A DNA stretch of 61,713 nucleotides, filler included. It is 5 parts of 5 records of this genome, joined end to end, with 100 filler letters (N's around TTAATTAATTAA, not from the genome) between each part and the next. Parts side by side here need not be neighbours in the genome. Positions count along the whole stretch, not along the records: positions 1 to 8,721 come from SRR20825010_2364; positions 8,822 to 19,524 come from SRR20825010_2365; 3 more parts are not named here. The stretch is one strand, 5' to 3'. Positions 1 to 9,194 of the stretch are shown in pieces. The position numbers and the translations under genes are program-made. The notes below the pieces were generated by a model. It had not been told where the DNA came from and did not search any database. It saw nothing but the letters and a program-made list of their open reading frames with translations. How positions within the stretch are numbered: the stretch's first letter is position 1; each line of letters opens with the position of its first letter.

Positions 1-579
1 CTTGTCACAGCCTTCCTGAATGGTGAGGAAGGCTGTAGGGCCCCGCGCAAGCGTTTTGCGCTTCTCAGCAACCGGCAGGCTGCCGAATTTATCTTCAACG
101 GGAAACTCGGTCTCAATCTGCGTCGGTCCGCCATTGTCAGCGCGGGCTACCAGTTCCGGCATACGGTGATAGGTCTGCGGCCCGACGATCATGTCCACAT
201 AAGGCGCGCGACGCTTCATTTCCTCGCCCTCGGCCTGTGCCACACAACCAGCCACGCCTATGACCATCTTGCGGCCGGTCTCCTCACGGGCGGTCTTCAG
301 ATCACGCATACGACCAAGCTCAGAATAGACCTTCTCGGCAGCACGTTCACGGATATGGCAGGTGTTCAGCAGAACTACATCTGCTTCTTCAGGCGTCGAG
401 ACTTCGCTATAGCCATGCGGAGCCATGACATCGACCATGCGGTCGCTATCATAGACATTCATCTGACAACCATATGTTTTGATGAAGATTTTTTTCTTCA
501 ACCCATCGCCGGCCTCGCTCGGGGCAAGGCTGTCGGAATTGGCTTTGGGGTTCGGGGCACTATAGTCCGTCTTCATCAT
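1..579 (-). CDS. miaB: tRNA-2-methylthio-N6-dimethylallyladenosine synthase, N-terminal part (runs off window start)
   Basis: Not in the ORF track. Manual translation gives [17 protein letters not shown]...[12 protein letters not shown]...[11 protein letters not shown]...GPQTYHR...TIQEGCDK, i.e. UPF0004 domain plus the start of the radical-SAM CxxxCxxC motif. An upstream in-frame stop limits the start to ATG 579 or later. Confidence 0.95.
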   Translation of the reverse strand, partial: MMKTDYSAPNPKANSDSLAPSEAGDGLKKKIFIKTYGCQMNVYDSDRMVDVMAPHGYSEVSTPEEADVVLLNTCHIRERAAEKVYSELGRMRDLKTAREETGRKMVIGVAGCVAQAEGEEMKRRAPYVDMIVGPQTYHRMPELVARADNGGPTQIETEFPVEDKFGSLPVAEKRKTLARGPTAFLTIQEGCDK

Positions 580-763
580 GGCCTCTGGCTTTTCTGGTGC
601 CGGCTCATGGAAGGTCGGTCCTTGGCTTCATCCGACGCGTTAAACCGTCGGAAATCGGAAAACTGGTCATACAAAGCTTGCGTCTGTCTCCTTCGCGAGC
701 GCAACAAATCATTTTTTCAGTCTAGCACGATACACACGTACGGCATCCTCTATATCGACGCAG

Positions 764-1618
764 TCAGCCGGCTTTTCGCGCCGCATCGGTTGGCAGCTCA
801 TCGGCGGGCGTATCAAAGAAAGTTGCAAAGCGGCCGTTCAGCGACGCCACCACCCCCTCACGGCAACGGCTTTCGCAATATTGCGCCAGCGCCTTGCGAT
901 TTCCGACCTCACGGATGGTGACGGGCTTATGGTAGATGACCTGGATTTCGATCGGGCCAAGGGAGAAGGCCTCCCATAGATGAGGAAACATTTCCATGTC
1001 CCCATACCATGCAAAAAATGGCCGAAACTGGCGGGTCATGGGCAATCCGCAAAGCTTCATATAGGTCACGGATACTGGCTGTACCACCAGATCATCTTCG
1101 CGATCAGCCTCGCTATTGACGATGGAAAGCTGCGCCACGCTCATCAATGCACTCTTGAATGGCAGGACACGATTGCCGTCGCTTGAGGTGCCTTCGGGAA
1201 ACAGGATTAGCGTGTCTCCGCCTGAAATGCGGGAATGAATCTCGTTGCGCTTTTCGGCTGTGCGCGTGCGGCGTTCGCGCTCGACAAAAACAGTCTGCTG
1301 GAGCTTTGCCAGCCATCCAAAAAACGGCCAGCCCGCCACTTCGCTCTTAGCAACGAAAGAGGACGGTAAAAGCGACCCCATGATCGGAATATCGAGCCAT
1401 GAGGTGTGATTGGCCGCAATCAGACAAGGTGCGCCATAAGGCTCACCATTTGTGACCACCTTGATACCGATCAACCAGCACAGGAACCGGTGATAATAAT
1501 TCGGGATGGTGCGGCTGAAGGAAAGCCCGAACTTCAAAGCCAGCGCCTGAACCGGCATTAAAATCAATGCCGACAGCACAAAACCGGCCAGCAGAATGCC
1601 TGCACGTATCTGACCCAT
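764..1618 (-). CDS. lysophospholipid acyltransferase (PlsC/OlsA family)
   Basis: NHTSWLD (HxxxxD), FVAKSE and FPEGT motifs; usual fur-acyltransferase-miaB order. Start set at ATG 1618 after a GAGGAAAGG RBS. Confidence 0.9.
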   Translation of the reverse strand: MGQIRAGILLAGFVLSALILMPVQALALKFGLSFSRTIPNYYHRFLCWLIGIKVVTNGEPYGAPCLIAANHTSWLDIPIMGSLLPSSFVAKSEVAGWPFFGWLAKLQQTVFVERERRTRTAEKRNEIHSRISGGDTLILFPEGTSSDGNRVLPFKSALMSVAQLSIVNSEADREDDLVVQPVSVTYMKLCGLPMTRQFRPFFAWYGDMEMFPHLWEAFSLGPIEIQVIYHKPVTIREVGNRKALAQYCESRCREGVVASLNGRFATFFDTPADELPTDAARKAG

Positions 1619-1689
1619 CAGCCTTTCCTCACCCTTTTCCCGGCCATATGGCACGCGCCCGCGATACAGGAGGTGCCTTTAGACAGGGC

Positions 1690-2187
1690 TCAGTCCTTTT
1701 TGTCCCGGTTGAGCGGGACGCCGTACAGTTCAAGGCGATGATCCACCAGCTCAAAACCCAGTTCACGGGCAATGATCTGCTGCAACCGTTCAATCTCATC
1801 ATTGTGAAATTCAATCACCTTGCCCGACTGGAGGTCGATAAGATGATCATGATGTTCCTCGGGCACCTGCTCGTAGCGTGAGCGGCCGTCCCTGAAATCA
1901 TGGCGCTCCAAAATGCCTGCTTCTTCGAACAGGCGGACGGTGCGATAGACCGTGGCGATGGAAATCTTGCTGTCGACGGCGGAGGCGCGGTGATAGACCT
2001 CCTCAACGTCGGGATGGTCATGCGCCAGCGACAGAACGCGCGCGATTACACGTCGCTGCTCCGTCATACGCATGTTTTTCTCGATGCAGAGATTTTCGAT
2101 GCGGTTTTCATCCGCCGCTTCATGGGCATGGCCGCCATGTCCGGAAATGGTCGCCGCGTGGTCGCTCACAGGATTATCTTTTGTCAT
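1690..2187 (-). CDS. fur: Fur-family metalloregulator (alphaproteobacterial Fur/Mur type, no CxxC)
   Basis: RMTEQRRVI...HPDVEEVY...ISIATVYRT...HHDHLID...HRLELYG. Start uncertain (ORF extends to 2241). Confidence 0.9.
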   Translation of the reverse strand: MTKDNPVSDHAATISGHGGHAHEAADENRIENLCIEKNMRMTEQRRVIARVLSLAHDHPDVEEVYHRASAVDSKISIATVYRTVRLFEEAGILERHDFRDGRSRYEQVPEEHHDHLIDLQSGKVIEFHNDEIERLQQIIARELGFELVDHRLELYGVPLNRDKKD

Positions 2188-2271
2188 CGCCACTATATTT
2201 GTTCGATTGGGCTTCAGGTCACAACCGTGCATCGGATGCAATGCCCGTTTTTAACACAGTAAGCACCTGAA

Positions 2272-2760
2272 TTATAACCGTTTTAAGATCAGGGTTTTGG
2301 GCAGGTCCAAACGCATGGAAAGTCCGGCAATCCGGCCCTTTCCTCGTGTGTAATAATTCGGTCGTCGCCCGACCGTCTCAAAGCCCAATCGCTCGTAAAG
2401 ACGCCGCGCCGCCGCATTATCCTCTGCAACTTCGAGAAACAGTGACACAGCCCCCAATCCGAGTGCGTGGGCAGCGGCGGCCTGCATCAACTGCTCGCCA
2501 ATACGTTTGCCATAATGTTGCGGATCAACAGCAATGCTGAGGATTTCGGCCTCGTCAGCGACAATTCGGGTCAATACAAAACCTTTGAGGTCATCATCGA
2601 CGACAGACGCTGCGTCATCGAACGCCTTGAGCAAAAAGACGCCGGGACTGTTCGTAAGGCCTTCAAAAGCCTCCCGGGTCCATGGCGTCTCAAAGGATAC
2701 AGAGTGAAGCGGGACGATGCGGACAAGATCCCGCGCCAGACCTGGGCCGACACCGATCAT
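2272..2760 (-). CDS. rimI: ribosomal-protein-alanine N-acetyltransferase (GNAT)
   Basis: DEAEILSIAV, FLEVAEDNAAARRLYERLGF...RPNYY; ATGA overlap with tsaB. Confidence 0.85.
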   Translation of the reverse strand: MIGVGPGLARDLVRIVPLHSVSFETPWTREAFEGLTNSPGVFLLKAFDDAASVVDDDLKGFVLTRIVADEAEILSIAVDPQHYGKRIGEQLMQAAAAHALGLGAVSLFLEVAEDNAAARRLYERLGFETVGRRPNYYTRGKGRIAGLSMRLDLPKTLILKRL

Positions 2761-3452
2761 ACGCCCAGCACCGGATCAAGCCCACCTGGCAATTTGGCAT
2801 CCGGCGCGCGCAAATAGAGCGGCGCGGGTGCCTTGCGAAAATGGTCCGGCCCATGGGCATGCAATCTGGCAAGAGCGATCCGGCCTATATCACGAGCATC
2901 TGGCTGGGGTGGGCTGTCGGAGAGACGAGAGAAAATACCACGCGCTTCAAGAGCATCTGCGAGCAGAGCCGCGCCTGTGCCGGCAATCACGATCCGGCCT
3001 GCTGGCAGAATATCGGCTGCGGTATCAAGCGTAGTAATCACCGGTGCACAGACCGGCATGTGATCATCGTCAAAACCTTGAAGGTAGATTTCACTTCGCC
3101 GCGCATCAAAAGCAATAGCGATCAGCTCCTCCTCTAGGGGGATAACAGGAGCGGCAACCGCCTCAAGTGTTGTCACGCCGACCAGAGGTAACGCACGAGC
3201 AAGTGCCAGACCACGCGCTGCCGCAAGCCCGACACGCAGGCCCGTGAAAGTGCCCGGTCCGATCGTCACAGCTAATGCCGCCAGATCAGATACAGTAAGA
3301 CCTCCATGATGCAAGACTTGTCCGATCACGCCCATCAGCTCTTCGGCATGTCCGCGACTACGCAACTCATGATGATGCGCGAGCACCCGATCACCGTCAA
3401 GAACGGCAACAGAAAGTGCGCCTTGCGCCGTGTCAAATGCGAGTAGGGGCAA
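2757..3452 (-). CDS. tsaB: tRNA threonylcarbamoyladenosine biosynthesis protein TsaB
   Basis: LAFDTA, HAEEL, GPGTFTGLRVG, DARRSEIY, PLYLR motifs. Confidence 0.95.
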   Translation of the reverse strand: MPLLAFDTAQGALSVAVLDGDRVLAHHHELRSRGHAEELMGVIGQVLHHGGLTVSDLAALAVTIGPGTFTGLRVGLAAARGLALARALPLVGVTTLEAVAAPVIPLEEELIAIAFDARRSEIYLQGFDDDHMPVCAPVITTLDTAADILPAGRIVIAGTGAALLADALEARGIFSRLSDSPPQPDARDIGRIALARLHAHGPDHFRKAPAPLYLRAPDAKLPGGLDPVLGV

Positions 3453-3471
3453 GGCGCGTCATGCTCCGTTG

Positions 3472-4065
3472 TCAGATTATTTTCGCGACTTCATCAAATT
3501 CAAAACGCGGGCTTCGAGGAAATGTGCCCTTGTGATCAATATGCCCGATATTGCAAAGGAAGTTCACCTTCACATTCTTTTCGGGGAAGAAGGCTTCTTC
3601 AACTTTGGCAGCGTCGAAACCCGACATGGGACCACAGTCCAGGCCGAGGGCACGTGCTGCGATCATGAAATAAGCGCCTTGCAAAGAACCGTTGCGGAAG
3701 GCATGTGCTGCAGCCCATTCCGCCGACCAGTTAAACCAGGTCTTGGCATCGGGCGAATGAGGGAAGAGACGTGGTAGATGCTCATAGAACTCGACATCGT
3801 GACCGATGATAACTGTTGCCGGGGCCAGAAGGGTCTTATCAAGATTACCTTCGGTCAGCGCAGGCTTCAGTTTTTCCTTTGCTTCCTTTGACTTCACGAC
3901 AACAAAACGCGCCGGCGACATATTGGCGCTTGTCGGACCCCATTTCATCAGGTCATAGACCGCGCGAATTTCTTCATCACTGACCGACGCGTCGGTCCAT
4001 GCATTTGCTGTACGGGCATTGCGAAAGATGGTGTCGAGAGCTTCGTCGGACAGTTTAGACGTCAT
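3472..4065 (-). CDS. rutE: malonic semialdehyde reductase / nitroreductase (RutE-like)
   Basis: [30 protein letters not shown]...[18 protein letters not shown]. Confidence 0.85.
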   Translation of the reverse strand: MTSKLSDEALDTIFRNARTANAWTDASVSDEEIRAVYDLMKWGPTSANMSPARFVVVKSKEAKEKLKPALTEGNLDKTLLAPATVIIGHDVEFYEHLPRLFPHSPDAKTWFNWSAEWAAAHAFRNGSLQGAYFMIAARALGLDCGPMSGFDAAKVEEAFFPEKNVKVNFLCNIGHIDHKGTFPRSPRFEFDEVAKII

Positions 4066-4186
4066 GGATAGTCACTCCGTTCAGAATTCTGAGAATGTAT
4101 CAAGATAGCGTGCGGGGAAAAATGTGAAAGCCCATGCCATACGTAATTGACGCATGGTCAAACAAAATTGCGACGTGATGAACCTA

Positions 4187-4750
4187 TCAGACAGCGCGAA
4201 CTTCGGTCACTTCGGGGATGTAATGCTTCAAGGTGTTCTCGACGCCACGCTTCAGCGTCACGGTTGAAGAGGGACAACCAGCGCACGAGCCCTGCATATT
4301 CAGAAAGACAATACCGTTATCGAAACCTTGGAATGTGATGTCGCCTCCGTCCTGTGCAACAGCGGGACGGATGCGCGTATCGAGCACTTCCTTGATTTGA
4401 GAGACGATCTCGGCGTCTTCACCTTCCTGCGTAGCATGTGCAGAGGCGGCTTCGCCCGTTTCGCTTCCATAGAGGATCGGCGCCTCGCTGGTAAAATGCT
4501 CCATGATCGCACCCAACAGCGCTGGCTTCAGATGCTGCCATTCGCCATCGGACTTTGTAACCGTCACAAAATCGGAACCAAAGAAGACACCGGCAACGCC
4601 ATCGACCGCAAAAAGGCGCATGGCGAGAGGCGAGCGCTGAGCGGCTTCGGAATTGGGGAAATCGGCCACATGCCCCTCACCCATGACATCGCGGCCCGGT
4701 AGAAACTTGAGTGTCGCCGGATTGGGTGTCGCTTCGGTCTGGATAAACAT
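4187..4750 (-). CDS. nfuA: NifU/Nfu-family Fe-S cluster carrier
   Basis: MFIQTEATPNPATLKFLPG; RPAVAQDGGDI; GSCAGCPSS. Confidence 0.92.
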   Translation of the reverse strand: MFIQTEATPNPATLKFLPGRDVMGEGHVADFPNSEAAQRSPLAMRLFAVDGVAGVFFGSDFVTVTKSDGEWQHLKPALLGAIMEHFTSEAPILYGSETGEAASAHATQEGEDAEIVSQIKEVLDTRIRPAVAQDGGDITFQGFDNGIVFLNMQGSCAGCPSSTVTLKRGVENTLKHYIPEVTEVRAV

Positions 4751-4833
4751 TTGAACAGTCCTTGTGGCAGTTGCCCAGCATATCCGCCGGAAATTGGCTT
4801 AAATCAAGACATGAGGGTTTGAATAGACCCTAT

Positions 4834-4862
4834 AGATGGACTGCCAAGGCTCCAGAATCAAG
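4834..4862 (-). promoter_or_regulatory. possible RpoH-type promoter for nfuA
   Basis: Minus strand reads CTTGAT-N16-TCCATCT, resembling the alphaproteobacterial RpoH consensus CTTGAA-N15/16-CCTATAT. Degenerate match. Confidence 0.3.
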
Positions 4863-4955
4863 CCGAGCCCTCGGGCACCTTTTTTTGCCGCATTCCGCAT
4901 CCCGCGTTTGTTAATTGAAATGTCACGGCTCACGGATTGCTTTGGGGAAATATAG

Positions 4956-4972
4956 TGACATTATTAGTGTCA
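4956..4972. promoter_or_regulatory. palindromic operator upstream of GST-like gene
   Basis: TGACATTA-T-TAGTGTCA (one mismatch), about 10 nt upstream of the GGAGG RBS. Confidence 0.5.
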
Positions 4973-4992
4973 TAAAATTCGGGAGGATAAAC

Positions 4993-6030
4993 ATGATCAA
5001 TCAGATGCCAATCGCCCTGCGTGGCGCGCCAGGATCACCATATACGCGCAAGATGCTGTCGCTGCTGCGATATCGCCAGATTGCCTACCGCTTCATGATC
5101 CGGCCGCATGGTCCGATCGAAGGACTGCCTTCCCCCAAGGTCGAATTGCTTCCCACATTCTATCTGCCTGATGCCAGCGGCACACTTGAGGCTGTGGTCG
5201 ATTCAAGTCCCATTATCAGACGCCTCGAACGAGAATATGAGGGACGCAGTGTCATTCCGAGCGATCCGGTAATGCGATTTATCGACGACCTGCTCGAAGA
5301 CTTCGCAGATGAATGGCTAACAAAGGCCATGTTCCACTACCGTTGGGCGTTTGACGCGGATATTGCTCAGGCTGCGGCCATCTTGCCGCGTTGGGGTGCG
5401 CTGACTGCCGACGATGAAAAGGCCAAGGCGCTTGGGGCAATGTTTTCAAAACGCCAGATCGACAGGCTCTATGTGGTTGGCTCTAACAAGACGACAGGCA
5501 AAATCATCGAGACGAATTTTCTCAAGTATCTCAAACGCCTTGATGCTCATCTCAACCGTCATCCGTTTCTTATGGGCGGGCGTCCGGGTGCATCAGACTT
5601 TGCAGCTTTCGGTCAGCTGACACAGCTTACGCATTTTGATCCGACCCCGAGTGCGCTAACGCTCAAATACGCGCCGCGTGTCTATGCGTGGGTCGATCTC
5701 GTGGAAGACCTCTCGGGCCACGAGGCGAACGAAGATATGTGGCTGACACGCGAGACACTCCCGGACACGCTGAAAAGTCTTCTGGCTTTGGTGGCCAGCG
5801 CCTATCTGCCGTTGTTGCTGGCCAATGCGCGCGCCATCAATACAGGCGAGAAAACCATGAAAACCGAAATCGACGGCGCGGAGTGGCAACAGGAAATAAT
5901 GCCTTATCAGGCCAAGTGCCTGCTCTGGTTACGACATGCATTTGCCGATCTCGACACAGCTGATCGCGAAACCACTATGACATTGCTGGATGAAACAGGA
6001 CTTGGCGAACTAATCACCGCCAGCCTCTAA
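4993..6030 (+). CDS. glutathione S-transferase family protein (long form)
   Basis: N-terminal GSPYTRK, LLPT...DSSPII thioredoxin-like domain, FADEW, FLMGGRP..SDFA..GQL C-domain; GGAGG RBS before ATG 4993. Confidence 0.8.
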   Translation: MINQMPIALRGAPGSPYTRKMLSLLRYRQIAYRFMIRPHGPIEGLPSPKVELLPTFYLPDASGTLEAVVDSSPIIRRLEREYEGRSVIPSDPVMRFIDDLLEDFADEWLTKAMFHYRWAFDADIAQAAAILPRWGALTADDEKAKALGAMFSKRQIDRLYVVGSNKTTGKIIETNFLKYLKRLDAHLNRHPFLMGGRPGASDFAAFGQLTQLTHFDPTPSALTLKYAPRVYAWVDLVEDLSGHEANEDMWLTRETLPDTLKSLLALVASAYLPLLLANARAINTGEKTMKTEIDGAEWQQEIMPYQAKCLLWLRHAFADLDTADRETTMTLLDETGLGELITASL

Positions 6031-6045
6031 GAACGTGGAAGCTGT

Positions 6046-6576
6046 TCAGGTAAGCGCCTGAATAGCTTCTTCCGTCAGGACGCCCGGTACAACAGTCACG
6101 GGAATACGGAACCCTCCGCTACCTGTCAGGGAAACAAGCGGCCCCGGACCTTCCTTGCCGGTGCCCGCTGCAAGAACGAGAATGGCGACGTCTTTGTCTT
6201 CGTCGATGAATTTCAAAAGTTCGTCAGCCAGCCGCCCTTCGCGAATAACAAGTTCAGGCAGGATGCCCGCATATTCGTTCACATGGGCGGCGAGTTTGTG
6301 CAACACGGCTTCGGCTTCGGTACGAGCTTCTTCGCGCATAATGTTCTGGACGCCGAGCCACTGACCGTTAGCATCCGGCGGCGCGAGAATAGCGAGCAGT
6401 GTCACCACACCATTTGTGTGCTTCGCCCGCAGGCTTGCGAAATGGATCGCGATTTCGGATTCAGCCGTACCGTCCGCCACCACAAGAAATTTGCGTCGCT
6501 TGGCAGGCGGGATGCTGAGCATGGCGTCACTCTCTGTCATGGTTCGCATGTTCTCATTTGCGCCCGTGACCGACAA
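6046..6576 (-). CDS. universal stress protein (USP)
   Basis: RKFLVVADGT..., ILVLAAG..EGPGPLV, IPVTVVPG; usual trpS-USP-nfuA region. True start may be 6549 or 6540. Confidence 0.85.
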   Translation of the reverse strand: MSVTGANENMRTMTESDAMLSIPPAKRRKFLVVADGTAESEIAIHFASLRAKHTNGVVTLLAILAPPDANGQWLGVQNIMREEARTEAEAVLHKLAAHVNEYAGILPELVIREGRLADELLKFIDEDKDVAILVLAAGTGKEGPGPLVSLTGSGGFRIPVTVVPGVLTEEAIQALT

Positions 6577-6610
6577 GTGGGCATTAGCAGGGGAAACGCA
6601 GAGGCGAAAC

Positions 6611-7744
6611 CTACTTCAGCAGCACGTTGGAGACTTCACGCGCCTGTGTGCGGGCCCGCAACAGATAAAAACCTTGCGAGGCAAGATGGCTCGGCTGGAA
6701 GGTCGCGTCCGGCCTGCCATTTACAATAATAAACGGATCAAGCTCAGCGGCTTCACGGAACGTATCCAGCATCTGGTTCCAGTTAGAGGTCAGATTTTTT
6801 TCCTTGATGATGGGTGCAAAGTCCTCGCCCAGCGCTTTCAGGATCAGATAGTAGCCATAAAGGCGACCCTTGGTGTTGTAGAAAACATTATCGGCATTTG
6901 TGTCGATGAAATCGCCGGAATGCTCGCGTACTTCTTTATCCAAAGTAGCCGATTGTGATCCGAGATCTGATGAAATGCGCTCGATTGTGGCCATGAGATT
7001 GTCGGCGCGCTTTTCAAAAGTCGCGTCTCCGGCAGCCAGACGATCATTGTAGCTCAGCAAGGCCTTGCGTGCCGAACGATACTGGGATTCCGAACTGGCT
7101 CGTGGCGCAAGCGACACGGACGGGTTCCACAGCCAGACATCTCCGGGATACTGCAAGAGACCGGCGGCTTTCTGGAGATCGGGATCGGCAGCGCTGGAGC
7201 CGCGTGTGCGGCCGACCTGATCGGTCATCTCGAACGAGAACCGCGCCAATGCGCTCATGATGCCGGTCTGATAACTCGGCATATTGTCCAGCATGACACC
7301 AGGCTGGAAAAACGGATCGTTTGCGACCCATGAATTAACATTGACCTCGCGGTCAATCAGCGCGGCCATGGTGGCGACCGCCTGCGAACCACCGGGTTTT
7401 GCGGCATTCTCGCCTGTCGGTGCAAAATTCGGATCATCGCCCACTTGGTGGACCATCACCATGCCGACCGGATAATAGAACAACAAAAGAATGAGAAGAG
7501 CGGTCAAAGCCCGCTTTGTGGTTGCGCCAACTCCGGGCGTATCATTGAGATTGTGCCAAAAACGGCCCAGACGGCCCTGTTCGGCGGGCGCGGCTACAGT
7601 CGCACTGCTTGCAGCATTTTCTTTGCGATAGGCCCAGCGCTGGCGAAGACTATCCCAAAATCCCACCACACTGTCACGTATCCTGCCCCAGAGACTGGCA
7701 CTTTTACGCTCGGCGTTTTCCCGAAAGGGCATGGGGCAGATCAC
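6611..7744 (-). CDS. membrane-anchored DUF2333-like protein
   Basis: Single TM (LTALLILLLFYYPVGM), LDNMPSYQTG, GRTRGSS..DPDL, F..RADNL, ADNVFY..KG, SHLASQGFYLLRA, recalled as the DUF2333 pattern. Confidence 0.7.
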   Translation of the reverse strand: MICPMPFRENAERKSASLWGRIRDSVVGFWDSLRQRWAYRKENAASSATVAAPAEQGRLGRFWHNLNDTPGVGATTKRALTALLILLLFYYPVGMVMVHQVGDDPNFAPTGENAAKPGGSQAVATMAALIDREVNVNSWVANDPFFQPGVMLDNMPSYQTGIMSALARFSFEMTDQVGRTRGSSAADPDLQKAAGLLQYPGDVWLWNPSVSLAPRASSESQYRSARKALLSYNDRLAAGDATFEKRADNLMATIERISSDLGSQSATLDKEVREHSGDFIDTNADNVFYNTKGRLYGYYLILKALGEDFAPIIKEKNLTSNWNQMLDTFREAAELDPFIIVNGRPDATFQPSHLASQGFYLLRARTQAREVSNVLLK

Positions 7745-7832
7745 TCCTCAGAAGTAAAGCGGGCCAAAGTCAGGCGGACAAGGCAATGTCCTTTAGGGTT
7801 GAGATAGGAAGGGCTGATGTCAAATTAAAGTC

Positions 7833-8721
7833 TCAGATGAAGCCAACAATCTCGCGAACCTGTTTCAGCACCGGATCGGCCAAGGCGCGGGCACGTTCAG
7901 CGCCTTTGGCAAGCATTGTGTCAATATAGGCCTGATCATTGCCCACCATCCGCTTCATCTCGGACGTCATAGGTGAAAGTTTGGCAACCGCAAGCTCGGC
8001 GAGTTTCGGCTTGAACTGGCCGAATTGCTGGCCGCCGAATTCCTTCAGCACTTCTGCCTTGGACATATCGGCAAGGGCCGCATAAATGCCGACTAGATTG
8101 TCCGCGCCTGCACGCCCCGCAAGTCCTTCCACCGTTTCGGGCAGCGGATCGGGATCGGTCTGGGCTTTCCGAATTTTCAGCGCTATAGCGTCAGCGTCGT
8201 CCTTCATGGTGATGCGCGAATAGTCCGACGGGTCGGATTTCGACATTTTTTTCGTTCCATCTCGCAAGGACATTACACGCGTTGCCTCACCCATGATGAG
8301 GGGCTCGGGCAAGGGGAAGAAATCAGGCGCGCCAAAATCATTATTGAATTTTTGTGCAACATCGCGGGCAAGCTCCAGATGCTGTTTCTGGTCATCGCCC
8401 ACAGGCACGTGTGTCGCTTGATAGACAAGGATATCGGCGGCCATCAGCACGGGATAGGCAAAGAGGCCCACGGAGGCCTTCTCGCGATCCTTGCCCGCCT
8501 TGTCCTTGAACTGGGTCATACGATTAAGCCAGCCGATACGCGCAACACAATTCAGAATCCAAGCAAGCTCCGCGTGGGCGGACACTTTCGACTGGTTGAA
8601 AATGATGTGCTTTTCCGGATCGATACCAGCCGCGATATAGGCAGCCGCAACTTCACGCGTGTTTGCCGCCAGCTCCTTGGGGTCCTGCCATACGGTGATG
8701 GCATGCATGTCCACGACGCAA
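7833..8721 (-). CDS. trpS: tryptophanyl-tRNA synthetase (5'-truncated at contig end)
   Basis: [39 protein letters not shown]. Confidence 0.97.
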
Positions 8722-8821
8722 NNNNNNNNNNNNNNNNNNNNNNNNNNNNNNNNNNNNNNNNNNNNTTAATTAATTAANNNNNNNNNNNNNNNNNNNNNNN
8801 NNNNNNNNNNNNNNNNNNNNN
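8722..8821. other. artificial contig linker
   Basis: N-run, TTAATTAATTAA (stops in all six frames), N-run; 100 nt. Confidence 0.99.
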
Positions 8822-9166
8822 CTCCATGCCGAGATAGCGGCCCTTGGCGTGGGCAAGGCGCAGAAAATCCATGCGCTCTGGCGTGTCGGCCAGCATGACG
8901 CCACCGGTCAGGTGTAGGCCGCAGGACTGGCCGGAAAGTTCTTCGATTTCCCGGTAGAGCTGGACCGTATAGGCCTGAAGCTTCGCAACGTTGGGATCGC
9001 CATTGAGCGTGTGAAATCCGCCTGCCGCATGCCAGGAAGAGCCGGAGGTCAATTCAGAGCGTTCAATCAGCATGACGTCGCTCCAGCCGGCGCGGGCAAG
9101 GTGGTAGAGCACCGAACATCCGACCACGCCACCGCCGATCACAACTGCTTTTGCATGGGATTTCAT
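8822..9166 (-). CDS. GcvT-family FAD-dependent oxidoreductase (dimethylglycine dehydrogenase-like), N-terminal fragment
   Basis: MKSHAKAVVIGGGVVGCSVLYHL...ERSELTSGSSWHAAG. Confidence 0.88.
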
Positions 9167-9194
9167 AAGGTTGCACCTGTTACTGGAATCGGAA

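Noticed and set aside
166-921. 251-aa plus-strand ORF
   Set aside because: Antisense to miaB, which the ORF track missed because it runs off the window.
8766-8777. TTAATTAATTAA repeated four times in the window, as a possible repeat element or CtrA site
   Set aside because: Always embedded in N-runs; it is a six-frame-stop assembly linker.
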